A DNA stretch of 64,000 nucleotides, taken from positions 171,485 through 235,484 of the forward strand of contig JACRLI010000004.1 of the NCBI GenBank assembly GCA_016235265.1, given 5' to 3'. A program made the position numbers and the translations under genes. This DNA comes from Candidatus Eiseniibacteriota bacterium. GTDB lineage: Bacteria > Eisenbacteria > RBG-16-71-46 > JACRLI01. The stretch's first letter is position 1, and every line of letters begins with the position of its first letter. This document shows, piece after piece, positions 62,200 through 64,000 of this stretch. Under the pieces are notes generated by a model. It was not told where the DNA came from. It did not search any database and worked only from the letters and a program-made list of their open reading frames with translations.

Positions 62200-63894
62200 A
62201 TGACCCCGCCGCGACCCGGACCGATCGTCGAACCCGCCATCCCCCGCTCCACCGAATTCCCCGCATGGGCCCGGTGGGCTCTGCGCGCCGTGCTCCTGGT
62301 TGTGCCCGCCGCCCTGGCGGTCGCCTGTCTGCGCCCGATGCTCTCCGCGCAGGGCCGGCTGGGCTTCCCGATGGACGACCCTTACATTCACTTCCAGTAC
62401 GCGCGGAACCTGGCGCACGGCGCCGGCTTCTCGTTCAACCCCGGTGAGCCATCGCCGGGTGCCACCAGCCCCCTGTGGGTGGTGCTGCTGGCGGCCGGCA
62501 ACGCGATGGGGGCGCCCCTGGAACCGTGGGCGGTGGTCCTGGGCATCCTCGCGTCGTGTGCCGCGGCGCTGCTTACCATGGAAGTGGGCCGCGCCGCGGG
62601 GCTGTCCACCCCGCTGGCCTTCCTCGCGGGGCTGGCAACCGCCACCAGCGGGCGCATGACCTGGGGGGCGCTCTCCGGCATGGAGGTCTGCGTGGCCATG
62701 GCGCTGGCGCTGGCCGCGGTCCGCATGCACCTTTCCGGCGCGCACGGATGGAAGCGGGCGCTGGGCGTGGGCGCGCTCGCGGGCCTGGCCGGGCAGGCGC
62801 GTCCCGAGGCCGCGCTGCTGGGCGTGCTGCTGTGCGCGCTGGAGGCGTGGCGCGCCGGCCGCGGACGGGGTCCCTCCGGCGCGCCTGGCGTCGCGGTCAC
62901 CGGCCGGCGCGGCTCCGGAAGTCCGCCCGCGGTCCGCAGGTCCGGATCCCGAATCGCCGCCGCGCTGCGCGCCACCCTGCCCTGCGCCGCCGCCATGATC
63001 GCGGTGATGCTCCCCTACGGCATCTTCTGCCTCGCCACGACCGGGCGCCCGTTCCCCAACACGTTCTACGCGAAGAGCCTCATCCCGCTGGGAGAGGGCA
63101 TCGCGTGGTGGAACGGCGGGCGCGCCCACTACCTGCAGGAGGCGATGCTGTGGGCCTTCCGGGACAACTCCCTGCTGGTGCTGCTGGCGCCGGGGCTGCT
63201 GCTGTGGGGCTTCCGCTCTCGTTGGGCCGGCCGCGGCGCGGCGATGCGGCCCCTCGCCCTGCCCCTGTGGCCGCTCGTATTCTGGGCCTACGCGCTGGTC
63301 TTCTTCCCCATGCACTTCAGCCTGTCGCGCTACACCATTCCCCTGGTCCCGTTCACGGCCCTGGTGGCGATGGTCTGTCTCGAGGCGCTGCAGGCGGCGC
63401 TCGGCAGCGCCACGGCCCGTCGCGGCGTGGAACTGGTCGCCGCGCTGATCCTGGTGGTGGGGGCCACCCGCAGCCAATTCATGGGTCAGGAAACCTACCG
63501 GCTGAACGTGGACAACATCCTGCACATGCAGGTGGCCATGGGCGAGTGGGTGGCGCAGAACGTGCCGCCCGGATCGAAGATCGCGAACAACGACGTGGGC
63601 GCGATCACCTACATCGGCGGCCGCTACTGCATTGACGTGATGGGGCTGGTGAGCTCGGACTTCGTGACCGAGCTGCTCGAGCGGCGCCGCGCGGGCCTGT
63701 CCCCGTACCCGGACGACGCGCTGCCCGGCTATCTCGACGAGCGCGGTCCGGACTACTGCATCCTCTTCCCCGAGTGGTTCCCCGACTACGTCCGCAGCGG
63801 CCGCCTGGTGCCGATTCACGAGATTGACTACGAGAACACCACCGGTGGGGGCAACCAGCTGGTGGTGTACCGGTTCCTGAAGCGGGCGCGGTGA
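62200..63894 (+). CDS. polytopic membrane protein, GT-C (ArnT/PMT-like) glycosyltransferase candidate
   Basis: From the in-frame ATG at 62200 the product is 564 aa with about 10-12 TM helices. An acidic motif, FPMDDPYIHF, lies in the first loop, and there is a soluble C-terminal domain. Confidence 0.5.
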   Translation: MTPPRPGPIVEPAIPRSTEFPAWARWALRAVLLVVPAALAVACLRPMLSAQGRLGFPMDDPYIHFQYARNLAHGAGFSFNPGEPSPGATSPLWVVLLAAGNAMGAPLEPWAVVLGILASCAAALLTMEVGRAAGLSTPLAFLAGLATATSGRMTWGALSGMEVCVAMALALAAVRMHLSGAHGWKRALGVGALAGLAGQARPEAALLGVLLCALEAWRAGRGRGPSGAPGVAVTGRRGSGSPPAVRRSGSRIAAALRATLPCAAAMIAVMLPYGIFCLATTGRPFPNTFYAKSLIPLGEGIAWWNGGRAHYLQEAMLWAFRDNSLLVLLAPGLLLWGFRSRWAGRGAAMRPLALPLWPLVFWAYALVFFPMHFSLSRYTIPLVPFTALVAMVCLEALQAALGSATARRGVELVAALILVVGATRSQFMGQETYRLNVDNILHMQVAMGEWVAQNVPPGSKIANNDVGAITYIGGRYCIDVMGLVSSDFVTELLERRRAGLSPYPDDALPGYLDERGPDYCILFPEWFPDYVRSGRLVPIHEIDYENTTGGGNQLVVYRFLKRAR

Positions 63895-63898
63895 CCCG

Positions 63899-64000
63899 GT
63901 GAGCCGTTTGCTCGTGCCGGCCGAGCACGGGAGCTGGGCCTTCCTGGGCGAGCCCGTGGTGCTGGGCCTCGCCGTGGCGCTGCGCGCACCCGGCGCCACG
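63899..64000 (+). CDS. YwiC-like membrane protein (N-terminal fragment; runs off the right edge)
   Basis: Own translation from the GTG at 63899 gives VSRLLVPAEHGSWAFLGEPVVLGLAVAL. The P-x-EHG-x-W start is typical of the YwiC-like family from memory. Confidence 0.35.
   Translation, partial: MSRLLVPAEHGSWAFLGEPVVLGLAVALRAPGAT

Overview
High-GC (about 70% by eye) bacterial chromosomal segment. It is gene-dense and transcribed almost entirely from the minus strand, with many ATGA/GTGA stop-start overlaps that suggest long translationally coupled operons. I found no rRNA, tRNA, CRISPR array or intact mobile element.

Recognisable content, left to right:
- ccmCBA heme exporter, an orphan HAMP histidine kinase, and Mrp/ApbC with a ferredoxin
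- An SDR epimerase coupled to an orphan beta-class DNA methyltransferase, next to a DUF4258/MqsA-like toxin-antitoxin pair
- MFS transporter and DUF3788 protein
- Two tandem PEGA lipoprotein paralogs behind a Tol-Pal block (tolA-like, tolB, pal, cpoB)
- EamA transporter
- A long co-directional DNA-damage block: lexA, a catalytically dead IS200-like protein, a small protein, dinB, DUF72, two membrane-anchored paralogs, an MrfA-like helicase and an MrfB-like exonuclease
- A Cys-rich lipoprotein with a VKOR-DsbA fusion, and a DUF1428 protein
- A TetR-controlled RND efflux operon extended by an ICMT-like methyltransferase and a large outer-membrane barrel
- efp, a secreted double retropepsin-PDZ protease, hflX, an M24 peptidase, an ABC-2 exporter, an Eis-like GNAT and trxA
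- A 540-bp convergent intergenic region with two perfect DnaA boxes
- A beta-helix protein, a cupredoxin with a FlgD-Ig/T9SS-like C-terminal domain, and a DUF502 protein
- A 13-bp x 9 tandem repeat
- A PorV-like / FG-GAP / 1768-aa RHS operon
- A GT-C-like membrane protein

The candidates I would examine first as possibly undescribed systems are the lexA-led cassette with the exapted dead Y1-transposase-fold protein, the DnaA-box locus, and the RHS operon, which has an unrecognised C-terminal domain and no immunity gene.

All domain calls come from reading the translations, not from database searches. Where N-terminal ORF extensions looked like GC artefacts, I re-set the start coordinates by counting residues in the ORF track.
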